From: Chrysomallon squamiferum
Lineage: Eukaryota > Animalia > Mollusca
Reading direction: 5' to 3'
Length of the DNA: 64,000 nucleotides
Assembly: GCA_012295275.1 (NCBI GenBank)
Contig: CM022673.1
Coordinates: forward strand, 8,742,001 to 8,806,000
Shown: positions 28,442 through 64,000 of the stretch, in pieces
Layout of the letters: the number at the start of each line of letters is the position of its first letter
Numbering within the stretch: the first letter of the stretch is position 1
Position numbers and translations under genes: made by a program
The notes under the pieces: generated by a model
Database searches by the model: none
Told to the model about the DNA's origin: nothing
The model's input: only the letters and a program-made list of their open reading frames with translations

Positions 28442-28969
28442 GCGCATATATTAATTTTATTAGTTTTAAAAGCTATAATGCATGGGCATCTAAACCCATA
28501 CCTTACCATAATAAAACAACAAGAGTGCCAAATCTAAACTTTTCATAATGCTTTTTCAAAGAAACGTAAGTACGTCCTCCCTCTCTTGTTTATCAGACAA
28601 ACAAAACAACGTCGTGGCTACATCCCTTTTCATAAAGTGACAGCTGTCATAACGTAAAGGAAACGAACCTTGTTCCTGGTTCCCGGCTTTCCTGCTGTTT
28701 TACGTAACTTGATAGGTCTGACCTGGTTAACTAACGAAACAGATGCAAAGATACTTGGTTTATGTGTTTGCCTGGCAGCCCGACGAATGTTACAGATTTC
28801 CAGTAGGGTCGCCCCACCCCTCCAAAAAAAAAAAAAAAAAAAAAAAAAAAAGAAAAATTAATAATACAGTAAAACAAAAATAATGATAATAATGATGATA
28901 CTACTATTACTACTATTACTACTACTACTACTACTATGATAATGATAATAATGATAATAATAATAATAA

Positions 28970-29002
<33 letters not shown>

Positions 29003-29666
29003 AAAAAGAATGCCCACCTAACTTCCAGTGTGATTTATTATTATTCAAACTTTGTCATTTATATTTTATAACTGACTTAATGTTTTGATTGTTAGAAATG
29101 TTTCTTGTAAAAACTACAAGAAATATAAATGTAGTCAAAATTGTTTTGGTTAAATGGATTACTGAATCGAATGCTTGCATTCAAATAAAAGTAGTAGTAA
29201 TCTTCAGATAAAATATATATGATATCTCCTGTCTTGTTCTTGATTTTAAAGTATCAATCTTTTCTATCTTTCTTTCTTTTTTTCTTTCTTTTTTTCTTTT
29301 ATACAAAGAATAATAATAATAATCAAAAACAAAAACAAATAAACCCACAAAAAATACAAAACATTTAAAAAAAAAAGAACAACCCCAAAACAAACAAAAA
29401 CAACAAATAAATGAACTTTAAAATACATCAAGACTTCATATATTCAGGGAGAAAGATGATATAAACGTTATCTCAAAGGACTGACGATATTACATTCCAT
29501 AGGATGAGCTGAGAATGGATTCGGAAGGAAACATGATGCATTCAACTTAACTTTCGCCCATGAACTGTCTGCAGACTTGTTCCGGAAAATTCCAAACGTT
29601 TTGTACTTATTTGTTGAATGTGTATGTTTCAGATTTCACACAAAATAACACAGTTTTCCGTCCATC

Positions 29667-44127
<14,461 letters not shown>

Positions 44128-44251
44128 CACCAAACAGTATATGGATGTCAGAATTTATGAAAAACGACTGGAATCATATTTACTGTTGACTGAACTGTCT
44201 GTTTCTCTGTCTTGGATATATATTTCATGACAATAAATAGGATAAAATCAC

Positions 44252-44391
<140 letters not shown>

Positions 44392-44845
44392 AAAACAAAA
44401 TTACAAAGTCTTTGACAACTGAAAAAAGCTAGTAATTGTCGATAATAAATATGATGAGTGGATTCTAGTAGCTGATTACGGTTGTAACAAACCCTTAAAA
44501 TATATCCATTGCACTTAAATCCATATAATCACACATATATTCTCTATATTTTATAAGAAAGGAAAACAATTTTTTTTTAAATTAAACAAAAGTAAGATAA
44601 TGGAAAACCTTAATTTCCTATATCAGTTTATGAAACACAGGACGCGGGTGTTTGTTAACGAATTGCATGCTGTTTTCGTTTCTTATTGCTTTATAGCTTG
44701 TACATCTAAGCAAATTCAAAGAGAGAAAAACGGAGAGAGAATGAGAGAGAATTAGAGACTGAAAGTTTCACAGTTATAATTAGAAATGCTTTTACAGAGC
44801 AAGACTGAGAGAATTAGAAAGAGAATGGATACAATTATAATTAAA

Positions 44846-44918
<73 letters not shown>

Positions 44919-45581
44919 CTAAATACTGTAAATATCATAGACTATTAAAATGTATCTCGTAATGTAATATAATTATCCATGACATTAATAAGTGATGTAA
45001 TTTCTCTGTTCAACAGTTTATTTTTAAATCATCTCTTTGTTGTCCATAAATACTTGTTTTTGTCTGTAACTTATATATTTGAATTAACTGTGTAAAACTG
45101 TGTGTCCCACTCGTGTTTTAATCTTTATTTCGCCAGCTACATAAGTTGAATTAATCTGTATAATAAAATTATTTTCCTTTAGCTTGTTTTATTATTCGTG
45201 TTTTCATTTATCATCATCATCATAATAATTATTATTATGCATCAGTTATTATGTATCACGTAATCAAAGATATATATTTAAGATATGATTATTTAATTCA
45301 TTAATAAACACATAAAAAATAGTAGTGACATCTGATCATTTATTTATTTTACTGAAATCAGATAAGGTGTGTTTTAGTAAAAATAATCATTATGATTATT
45401 AAAATTAATTTTTTATAATGTCCATTAATAAGCAAGACAGAAATAGATCAAAATCAGTAAGTGGTATTTACGTACCATTTTACAGAATTAATTTTCAAAA
45501 TGTATTTATGTATTTGAATTAATAACAGATAGGAAGATTATTATAAAAAATTGTTTTCACATACGAGTCTTTGCCAACGGA

Positions 45582-45585
45582 TTAT

Positions 45586-45654
<69 letters not shown>

Positions 45655-45762
45655 AATAACTGTTTCTATTTAAGAGAGGTTTTGCTACTTACACAAAAAT
45701 CCAACATACATACACATCTGAAACCATAGTCCGAAAGCCCCCCAAAATTCCAACAACATTTA
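45582..45762 (-). repeat. Right arm of long inverted repeat flanking the integrin gene
   Basis: ttataaaa(CT)n-gacaataactgtttctatttaagagagg...ccgaaagccccccaaaattccaacaacattta. One mismatch to the left arm is seen in the roughly 110-bp unique part. Confidence 0.93.
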
Positions 45763-46018
45763 GGTTAATCAGAGATTTGCAGCAACAAAATGTATACTTT
45801 ACACAGTAAACACGATATGTGAAGAGATTAAAATTGTTACAAACCTTATTCACACTCTGTTCACACGGTCCTCATCTTTCCCTTTTTCGTTTTATTTCTT
45901 TTTTAATTTTTAATTTTTTGTTTTATGTCCACACACACATATATAACTTTAGACACAGATATATATATATCATGACAGGAACCAAGGAAGTACGTGCTCA
46001 AGAAATAAAATAATAAAC

Positions 46019-46122
<104 letters not shown>

Positions 46123-47498
46123 AAAGAATTTTATTGTTGTCATATAATAATTAAAAATAAAAAATATAAATCATTTAAAAAAAAATAAAATTGATAATAA
46201 TTTAAAAAAAATAGTAAATAACAATAAAATAAATAAATAAATAAAAGACCGGATATTTGCCGTATTAAATTCCACCATTAGAAGAAAACGCTCTTGTGAT
46301 TATGTGAACTAGTTTGAATTTCAGGCGTCCGAAATATTATTTGTTTAATTTCTTATTTTATTGGATTTCCGTGACTAATCGCTAACCAGCAATATTGTAC
46401 TGATGCCATTTGACCTGAATTTAAAAATGGAATAACAAATATTAATTCATTTTATAAAATATTAACTTTCCTCAGATAAACCAAAAAATCTGCGGACGAA
46501 AAAATATATAAAGCAAATAAAAAAAAAAAAAAAAAAAAAAATGAAAAAGAAAATAAAAGAAATAAGAAAATAAAGTAAAAAGGCAGTGCCAGTGGTGCAT
46601 ATAGTAATATTAGAATAAAATAAGATGAAAATAACAATCATAATAATAATAATAATAATAAAAGGTTTTCTAGCGACATCACTACACAGTAACAGGGTGA
46701 GACTAATGGAAATTTTATTTCACTTAATTTAGTCTTGTAAATCCACTCTGATAACAAAGACATGCACATTTGAAAAATTAAAAAAACAACAAAAAAAAAA
46801 CCACACACTTTTCAGTGATGGATCTGAAGAGATTGTAATCATCATTGCTGGAAATAATGAGAGAAGAACACGACAGTTTTAGTTCAGAAATAAATACCAA
46901 ACAAACAAACACACAAATAAATAAAGAAAGAAAGAAACGAAAACTAAAAGCGTATTTTACATTCCACATCCAACAATGAAATAATGATTCTTCTCTTCGC
47001 ACTGAAGAATTATTTTTGTATTCAGAGTTACTTATCTCCTCATTGAGCCGCCATTACAAATCGATGTGAATTAAGTGCTTCGCGAATACATGGAGGTAAA
47101 GTATGTCTTATCACTGAATATATCAAACTGAATTTTAAAATATTCAAAGCAACTTTTTTTTTTCTTCACCATATATTATATTCAGAATGTAAGAAGTGCC
47201 ATTAGTTATACTGAAATAAAGAACTAAAAATGTTTGAAATAGTCAGTTTAAAATTGTCGTTAATTCATTCTACCGTATTACATAAAATGGGAGAAGAAGA
47301 ATTTTTTTTTCCCCTTTTATCTAAAGTATCCTCAGCTTGAAATGGAGGAGAATGCAGATTGCCTGTCATTAAAGGATTAACTGAATTCGTTATTTTATTT
47401 TATTTTGTTTTATTTATTTATTTATTTATTTATTTTATTTTATTTTATTTTGTTTTATTTATTTATTTATTTATTTATTTTATTTTATTTTATTTTAG

Positions 47499-47556
<58 letters not shown>

Positions 47557-47950
47557 TTTACTTTATTTTGGACTGGTTAAAAAATGAGTAACCTAATGGT
47601 GACGATAATAATTATAATAACAACGACAACAACAAAACAAAATTCTTTTCATTTAAAAAAAAAAAAAAAAAAAAAAATTAAAAATATATATATTTTTTTT
47701 TTCTGTGAAATGATTCCATGTATCTAGTATGTGTACGGTCATATCTCACTGCTAATTTTTTATTTTTTTATTTTTTTTAACTCTTTTGTAAAGGCGTACT
47801 TGATTAAAAAGCGGCCGCTTTAGTCTCAAGTTTTGTTTTGTAAATCGCCAAATCTGTTTTAATAACACGCACATCATATCACGAACGTCTTTGAAATCAA
47901 CGTCAAACAAACATAACCCCCCACACCCCCCACCCCCCACAAAAAAAAAA

Positions 47951-48255
47951 AATGAAAAGAAAACTGCTTAACATCTATCACGTTTTATAAATCATAAATA
48001 TGAAAATTTGCCATGTCATGCTATTTTTTTTCAGCCTCTCCCCGTGAAAGACTCTATTTTTACCCAGTAGTAACACGTACATGTCATCATGAACGTCTCT
48101 GTAATCAACTTCAAACAATGAATAATAAACAATGAAAAGAAAACTATTGAACAATTATCACGTTTTATCAATTGTAGATATGAAAAATATTGTCACATCA
48201 TAATACGTTTTGTTTTTCAACCCCTTCCCACGAAACCCTCTATTTTTACACACCA
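47951..48255. repeat. Diverged tandem duplication with 180-bp period
   Basis: aatgaaaagaaaact..t.aaca..tatcacgttttat.aat at 47951 and 48131, collinear for about 120 bp. Confidence 0.8.
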
Positions 48256-48859
48256 TATTGAGCAGGGAACTTTTTCCCACGTAACCGCAATAACAAATAC
48301 TATCGCGTGAATCGTCTGCGCCATAAGCTAGACAAGTACGGGGTGACAGTATGGGAGAGAACGTTTTACATTTTTGCACTGAGGAGATGACGTTTTATTT
48401 CTGGTTTTTTTGTTTGTTTGTTTTTTCTTCGGTGTTTGATATAACGTTCATTTATTAACGCAGAAAAATCAACTTTCCCCCAACAATCTTTTATTTTATT
48501 TCAATTTATTTATTTAGTTTTTTAGAGTTTGTTTTCACCCAAAACGAACCTCAACATCGTATGTCGTTTCGAACTTGTAGCGGTCACGAGTTCTATTTTT
48601 AAACTTAACCGGTGACATGTTTAACAGACAAAAACTGGCCGCTGCAGGTTTTTGTTGTAAACAGACGTCAGGAATTCAGCCAGACAAAAGGGAGGTTTTA
48701 AAATGTTTAATATGTTGAAACTTTTGATTGGCTGAAGCGTTTATGCTGAAGCGTTTATGCACTTCAAAGTATTATTTCAAACTTCTTTTTCCAACATGCT
48801 TTCTTTTCTAACCTTAATTTGAAAGATTTTTTTTTTAGTTGGTCGAAAACATTATTATT

Positions 48860-48917
<58 letters not shown>

Positions 48918-49031
48918 GACAGACAGACAGACACACACACACACACATTTATAAATACATTACTTATATGTAGCGGGTATAATACTTTTATTAAAAAACA
49001 GATTCAATAGCCAATAAGTTTATATTACTAT

Positions 49032-49075
<44 letters not shown>

Positions 49076-49136
49076 GTGAGATATTTGCGAAAACATTAAA
49101 GTACTGGTTTCTTCTTCTTCTTCTTCTTCGCCTTCT

Positions 49137-49365
49137 CAAGGAAGAATCTGTTACGAAACTAATGAAGCTTAAGTTTCAGGGATCCTAATCCCAGAGTGCT
49201 CCCACAAAAGACTTTTCATCAAAATCTTAATCACAATCTGAGATGTGTCTAATTTTTTTTTTAATCTGCCCTGGAATATTGCCATAAAAGAAGATCGTTG
49301 GTCCTTGCGAAGGGTCCACACAACTGTTCATGCTTCAGGGCCCTAAAATTGTAGGTCCGCCACTG
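49137..49365. mobile_element. Degenerate hAT-like (Tip100-type) MITE
   Basis: The right end tccgccactg is the reverse complement of CAGTGGCGGA. Subterminal aatgaagcttaagtttcagggatcc and tgcttcagggccc motifs are typical of such elements. The left terminus is decayed and there is no clear TSD. Confidence 0.45.
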
Positions 49366-49835
49366 CCTCTTTTTTCCTATTATTATTTTATCAAACAACT
49401 ATTACTACTACTGTAGACCATCAATAATGGTCAATCGCAAATGTTCTAAAAAGATTATAAATATTATGACAGGTACTGATCTTCTGCAAGCTTAATACTT
49501 TTAACACCATATAAGTAGTATTAAATAATTAAACGGTTTTATTTCAAACCGCCGATCTGTGCCGTCATTGAATTGGCAGTCAGAAATGAAATGGCCGCTC
49601 GTAAAAAGTCGAAAATATTACAGATGCGAAACATTCCACTTGGTTGCTAACAGGCTAGAGTGAACGCAGAGAAGACATCTAAACAATAGTGTTACCTTCA
49701 AAAAAGGTTTATAATTACAAACACTAAACACAATGACAGACGTAAACTGTGCATTAGAAGAGGTATGCTAATGTATTGAAAAATACATGGGTGTGACTCC
49801 GATATTTACTCAAACTAGGTTTATTATTATTATAC

Positions 49836-49885
<50 letters not shown>

Positions 49886-50251
49886 TTATTACTTTACGAC
49901 GCTGTATATTGTATTTGTATAACATAGTTTGAGTGGGCAGACACAAGCTCTACAGAAATTATGACTAACTACTTGAAACGAAAAAAAAAAAAAAAAAAAA
50001 AAAAGAAAAAAGAAAGAAATAGAAAACTTGTTTATCTGTTATTAATTCTGGGTGTGCAAGTAAATTATGGGCATATTAACTGTCAAGACCTTTGCCTGTA
50101 TGAAATGTATAGAGTATTAGTATTACAAGCTTAGTCAGCCCCATCATTTCAGTTATATCGACAAAAACATGATAATAAATAGCGCATTGTGTCGTATCGT
50201 GAAGAAAATAATATCTTCGAAATGGCTAAGCAAAAACATATAATTTTGATA

Positions 50252-50287
<36 letters not shown>

Positions 50288-50836
50288 TATATGTATGAAT
50301 GAATGGCTGGATGTCAATGTATGAATGTATATGCATGTGTGTTTTTTTCTGTGTGTATGTGTGTATGTATATATATAAAATAATAAAATAAAATAAAATA
50401 AAATTAAATAAAATAAATAAATAAAAAAACAGCATAAAAAAAACCCCAAACAACAACAAAAAAAAAAATAATAAATAAAAATTGGAAAGAAAGTGATAAA
50501 ATGTTAACTGTTCTTAGAAAAAAAAAAAAAAAAAAAAAAAACCCTGGCTGCTTCCCAGTTTCCTATCCAGGTGTGAATGTTCTGGCTTCCTTCTTGGCAG
50601 AGAAGTCTCGAGTGTTTAGGTGCAAATTTGTAGCGATTCGCACTCGTTCACTGTACCTGCACGACTGTGGATTCTATTTGTTTTCCTAGGCGTTACATAT
50701 TCTGAGGAAATTGATTAATTGAAGCTTTATTTATGTCATTCCTTTGTTAGTGTCTTTATATATATATATTACTAGTTTAGGTGTATATATATATACCCAT
50801 ATATGAGTAAATGGGTTTGAGGCAGAGAGAGACACT

Positions 50837-50926
<90 letters not shown>

Positions 50927-50959
50927 GACAGAGAGATAGATAGGTAAATAGATAGATAA

Positions 50960-50992
<33 letters not shown>

Positions 50993-52368
50993 AAAAGAAA
51001 GAGAGACTTTAAACTGTCAGTGTTTGTTTGTTTTAGTTTTTTCGGATTTTGCTTTTTTGTTTTTTTACATTCATTTTTTTACATACGTATGGGCATACTT
51101 TTACAGTTTTCATTTGATTTAAAATGCTTACACGACTGTAACTAGTTACATGTAAAAATAACCTAATTAAAACGAGGACGAAACAACTTTTGTCCTGTTT
51201 TAGGAGTGCCGAGATATCGGGTTACCAACAGTTACCTGTCTTTATTACAGTGCACTGATCTCAGCAATCTTGTTAATATTCTTCCTGCTTATTTTATCTG
51301 TGCCTGGCCGTACACAGCAGGAATCATTCATCGAAACATTCAGTGGGCGATTTTCCGACCAACCTAGTGCTCAGCAACCTGTTTATAAATTTTTGTATTT
51401 ATTATCTATGAAAGGGATTATGTGTAAAATTTCTTCCTCTTAACTGAGAAAGAATAGCGTATTTGTAACTACTCTTTCGGTTTTTGCGGGGTCGTTTTAT
51501 AATTTCATGTAACTAGGAACAAAAATGTATCAGTAAATAATAAGTAAAAAAAAAAAGAAGTATTTTTTGACTCAGGTCATTACTACTAGTAAAATAAGAG
51601 ATTAAATAATAAGACAGAGAATATATAATTATTTATTTTATAATTTACACATCTTCCTACCCCTCTGTCTGTGTGTGTTTGTGAGTGTGTGCATGTGTTT
51701 GTATATTTTACTCATGTAGACACTGGTAGAAAGACGTATAACATTATAATATTTAACTAGCTTCTAATTCACAGATTTTTTTATGGTGATTTTTCCCTCT
51801 GGGATATCATCTTCATTTATTATCAGTGGAACAGCGTAATAACTTTTAATACTGAACTGTGTTCGTGTATTATTAGAAATATATTTACTCTGACAAAAAA
51901 ATATGGGATCGAACATCATTGCTTTTTTAGCATTTTTGTTTGTTTGTAAGGAGTAAAATACATAACATAACCATTGGTTACATAAGTCTTGGGAAAAATT
52001 GGAGAAGAATACCGAGTTTTTCTGTTATTTATCACCCACACAGTACAGCAAATGGAAACCAACGTAAGCTATGACAGCTCGACTCTTCCGTTAGCGGACT
52101 CTCGCTAAATCTCGCTTAATCTCGCTAAGCCTCGTGTCGTTGACAGGTGTTTATTCGTTACTTCATACAAGCTAGGAAAACACTTATTTGATATTTATTT
52201 TGCTAACTGTGTACAGTGATTAGTATCTGGGGTGGGCATTCGGAATCGTTTATGTTTGACGTGAAAACTTGTTGTGTGGTTTTTAAACTTGTAGTTTAGC
52301 ACAGGACGATATTATATCCTTTCCAAAAGTCGATGAGTGCATGTACGTCACATATACATATATATATA

Positions 52369-52580
52369 CAGGGTGTCCCAGAAGTCACGCACCATGAAGA
52401 TTTTTATTTAGATACATATGAATAACATTTTTATTAATAATAATCATAACAAATGCTCAAATTGCTTGCCCTCTGCATTGATACATACTTCAATTCTCTT
52501 TATAAAACTGTTTTTTACTCTGTAATATAAAAAAATAAAATATATACATGTATATGGTGCGCGACTTCTGGGACACCCTG
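52369..52580 (-). mobile_element. Non-autonomous Tc1/mariner (ITm) element, 212 bp, retaining the transposase 3' tip
   Basis: 27-bp TIRs CAGGGTGTCCCAGAAGTC(A/G)CGCACCAT with one mismatch, flanked by TA on both sides. The minus strand at 52509-52444 encodes SFIKRIEVCINAEGKQFEHLL*, resembling the R..C...G..FEHLL C-terminus of ITm transposases. Confidence 0.9.
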
Positions 52581-53383
52581 TATATATATATATCTGTATC
52601 TGTCTATCTGTCTACGTCTGTCTCTCTGTATAAAACTCGAATTCAAATAAACTCACATGCACATATATAACTGTACAGATATTAATTCAATAAAATGCGA
52701 AATGAGCCTTTCCCTGAAATAGCGCTTGCACAAATTGCAGCCTGCGTCTAATTTTTTTTTAGATAACATTTATTTTAAACAGAAACATAAAACAGTTTTC
52801 TTAGCTTTGCACTTGCTGTGATATGACTGCAAACAAAGGTTATTGAGCTAATCAACACTTCAAGCAAAAATAAACCAGTTAAAAAATGTATTTCTAATAT
52901 TAAAAAAAAACAAAAAAACTTATTAGTTTATATTTAATTCAACATTCGAGCAATATTTACTGAATTCCCAGAATATAATTTTATTATAGTCTTGTTTTGT
53001 ATAGTTATATTTATGATCCTCACATCGATGTTAATTTGACGAATTTTGCAAACAAACTAATCGTCTGGGTCTTTGTGGACTAGGAATGTTATTTTCAGTA
53101 AGTCTAACAAGCTGGCAGCCGTGTTTCGCTTTCGCTGTTGAGCTGTTATTGTGATAGCGTATTAGCAACGGGGCATCTGTAATTCATATGCAGTTTCAAC
53201 AGATACTAGGTGTTTATATTTGTTTGACCATGCATATAGGACAAGATCAAAAGCAGATAGAAAGGCACTGCATGTTTAATTCATCTAACACAATGACTAC
53301 TTTTAAAAAAAAATTCTGTAATAATTTTCAATAATAAGATTAAATTATAACTGAGTAGAATCTGGATAAATAAGGTCGGCGAA

Positions 53384-53432
<49 letters not shown>

Positions 53433-53619
53433 AAAAAAAAACCCACCAGAAAATGAAATCAAAATAACAAAATATAACACATAGAAACAGCAAAAGTAAC
53501 AATAACAGGAACTGTTATAATCATCATCATCATCACCATCAACAGTATAAAACTATTAGTACTTCTTATTCGTTTTCTACTTATTATTATTACTATTATT
53601 ATTCTTATTCTTGTATTTT

Positions 53620-54070
53620 CCATTTAAAATAAAACAAATTGTAAATTCCGCCTGTGACAAATAACGTCGTGGTTGAAGATTTCTACAATAGAGTTGTTTT
53701 TTGTTTTTGTTTTTTTTAATTATTTACTTTTTCATAAAAATACAGGGAGTGAGTAGAGGACTGTCAGTTGGCGACACGTCACCAAAGCATGTGAAGTATT
53801 ATCTAGTAATCAGATACTTTGACACGCACATCCCTAAACAACAGCAAACGACAAGGTGATGATCCGTAACCATACTTCCCGGTTTTGGTAGCTTACGACA
53901 CCCGTAGTGTTCAAGTTTCGGGATTGTGAATCATAATTAATTTACCATTTTATTTTTAAATTTTATTTTGTTTTGCTGGTCGCCGCAGACTATAAATTTA
54001 CGTTTGACGTAAGCGTTAAATTGACAGTTTTGAGTTAAAAACGGAAGTTCTCCAGCGGGCAAAAATGGTC
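53620..54070 (+). repeat. Upstream block of chitin synthase (probable promoter/5' region), duplicated downstream
   Basis: Collinear diverged match to 63159-63646 (gcctgtgacaaataac.tcgtggttga, aacgacaag.t..tgatcc.ta.ccat.ctt, ttacga.accc.tagtgtt, tttgacgt.agcgtt.a.ttgac.gttt.g.gttaaa). Confidence 0.85.
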
Positions 54071-54203
54071 GTAGAATTCAGTAACGTCACAGTTATGATT
54101 CACTCAGATATGATTATTCATGAGGAAGAGCAGAGAAGCGGACTTTGTGACTATGAATAGGATTGTTCAGATTAGTTATAGCTAGCTACCTGTTAACTGG
54201 AAT

Positions 54204-62527
<8,324 letters not shown>

Positions 62528-63109
62528 TATTTATATAATAGTTACAACAATGAATTTTGTTAGTCATAAAATAAAAATAAAAAAAAATAAAAAATAAAAA
62601 AAATAAAAATGGCGTCGCACGATTGAGTTTCTATTCGACATTACACAAAAATCTTTTTATTTTTTATTTTTTTTTTATTCTTTGTATGTCATTTTTTTTA
62701 ATAACAATTATAAAAAGCATACGAGGTAATATCAGTGCACTTTTATTTAATCTCTGCACTTACAAGAAGATAATACATTATTACTACTACTACTACTACT
62801 ACTACTAATAATAACAAAAATAATAGTAATAATAATAATAACGATAAGAGTAATAATAAAATAATAATAACAATAACAACAATAATAATAATATAGCTGT
62901 TATTATCATTATTAGTACTGTTATTATTCTTATTATCATCATCGTCATCATTAACATTATCATCATCATCATCATCATCTAAATTCATTATTGTTATTAT
63001 TATCAACGACATCATCATCATTAACGTTATCATTATCGTTATTATTACTGGTATTATTGTTATCATCATCATCATTATCGTCATTATTATTAACATCATC
63101 ATCATCTAA

Positions 63110-63152
<43 letters not shown>

Positions 63153-63158
63153 GCTATT

Positions 63159-63646
63159 CCATTAAAATAAAACAAATTGCTTATTCTGCCTGTGACAAAT
63201 AACATCGTGGTTGATTATTTCTACAAGAGTAATTTTTAACAAATATTTTTAGAACAAGGGAGTGGGTAGGGGATTGTTTAACTGACAATTGGTCACCGAA
63301 GCCGGGGTAATATGAACTGGGTGCTAAGCACAACAGAATAACCACAGACGTCTACACCCGTTTGGTCGTTCTAAAAATAGAATACACCAAACGACAAGTT
63401 CGTGATCCCTAGCCATGCTTCTAGAATTATCGTCGCTGGTTTACGATACCCCTAGTGTTACCGTATCGGGTGTATAACCAGCGGTAAACACGATGTTTGT
63501 GTCTACATTTTGTTTTGCTTGATCCCGTCGCTGTCAATAAATGTATGTATTTTTACTTTATGGCAGGTTCTATTTTTGACGTTAGCGTTGATTTGACGGT
63601 TTCGTGTTAAATAGGAATTTGGAGGACTCCAGCTTGCAAAAAGGTT
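63159..63646 (+). repeat. Diverged second copy of the chitin synthase upstream block
   Basis: Direct collinear match to 53620-54070 at an offset of about 9.5 kb. Confidence 0.85.
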
Positions 63647-64000
63647 GGAGATCGTGCACGAACTCTAATCTTTAATTCACGAATAAGCATTCACACTAGC
63701 GGCTGAATGAAAGCGGTGGGAGGGGCTTTTATAAATGACGCATGGGAATGGGCGAATGACATTGCACTTCAGTTTTAGAATCTGATCACGTGCGCTGTTG
63801 ATGTCCACTGACAAGTAAGTAGCAGAACTTCTTAATTTGCATGACTGACGTCAGTCTGCGTGTGCGTTGCCACACGAATTTAATGACGTCACTGTTTGTT
63901 AAATAAAAGTTGCCCGAAACTCTTTCACGATTCATTCAAATTTGATTCTTCGATAAGTAAGGCACCAAAAACTGGACTAGTGAATTTGTGAGCGCAAAAA

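Overview
AT-rich, microsatellite-dense eukaryotic (animal) genomic DNA. A lophotrochozoan/molluscan origin is inferred from gene content and composition and is not proven. Four intron-containing protein-coding genes were spliced by hand with every exon phase consistent. (1) An uncharacterised Cys-rich protein, probably secreted and GPI-anchored (+, 4 exons at 5674-9621, 5' end unresolved). (2) The ankyrin-repeat DHHC palmitoyltransferase ZDHHC17/HIP14 (-, 15 exons at 13429-23103, 645 aa), with one U12-type minor intron and one GC-AG intron. (3) An I-domain-less integrin alpha chain (+, 22 exons at 29667-44127, 1046 aa). (4) A divergent chitin synthase (+, about 54204-62527, about 1275 aa) with a roughly 226-aa insertion in the catalytic domain. 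The most unusual structural signals are a near-perfect inverted repeat pair (27354-27544 / 45582-45762) bracketing the whole integrin gene, and a diverged direct repeat pair (53620-54070 / 63159-63646) bracketing the chitin synthase gene. The window also holds several local tandem duplications, DNA-transposon MITEs (one retains the transposase C-terminus) and many simple repeats. Most ORFs in the supplied track are microsatellite artefacts. No tRNA, rRNA or CRISPR array was recognised.
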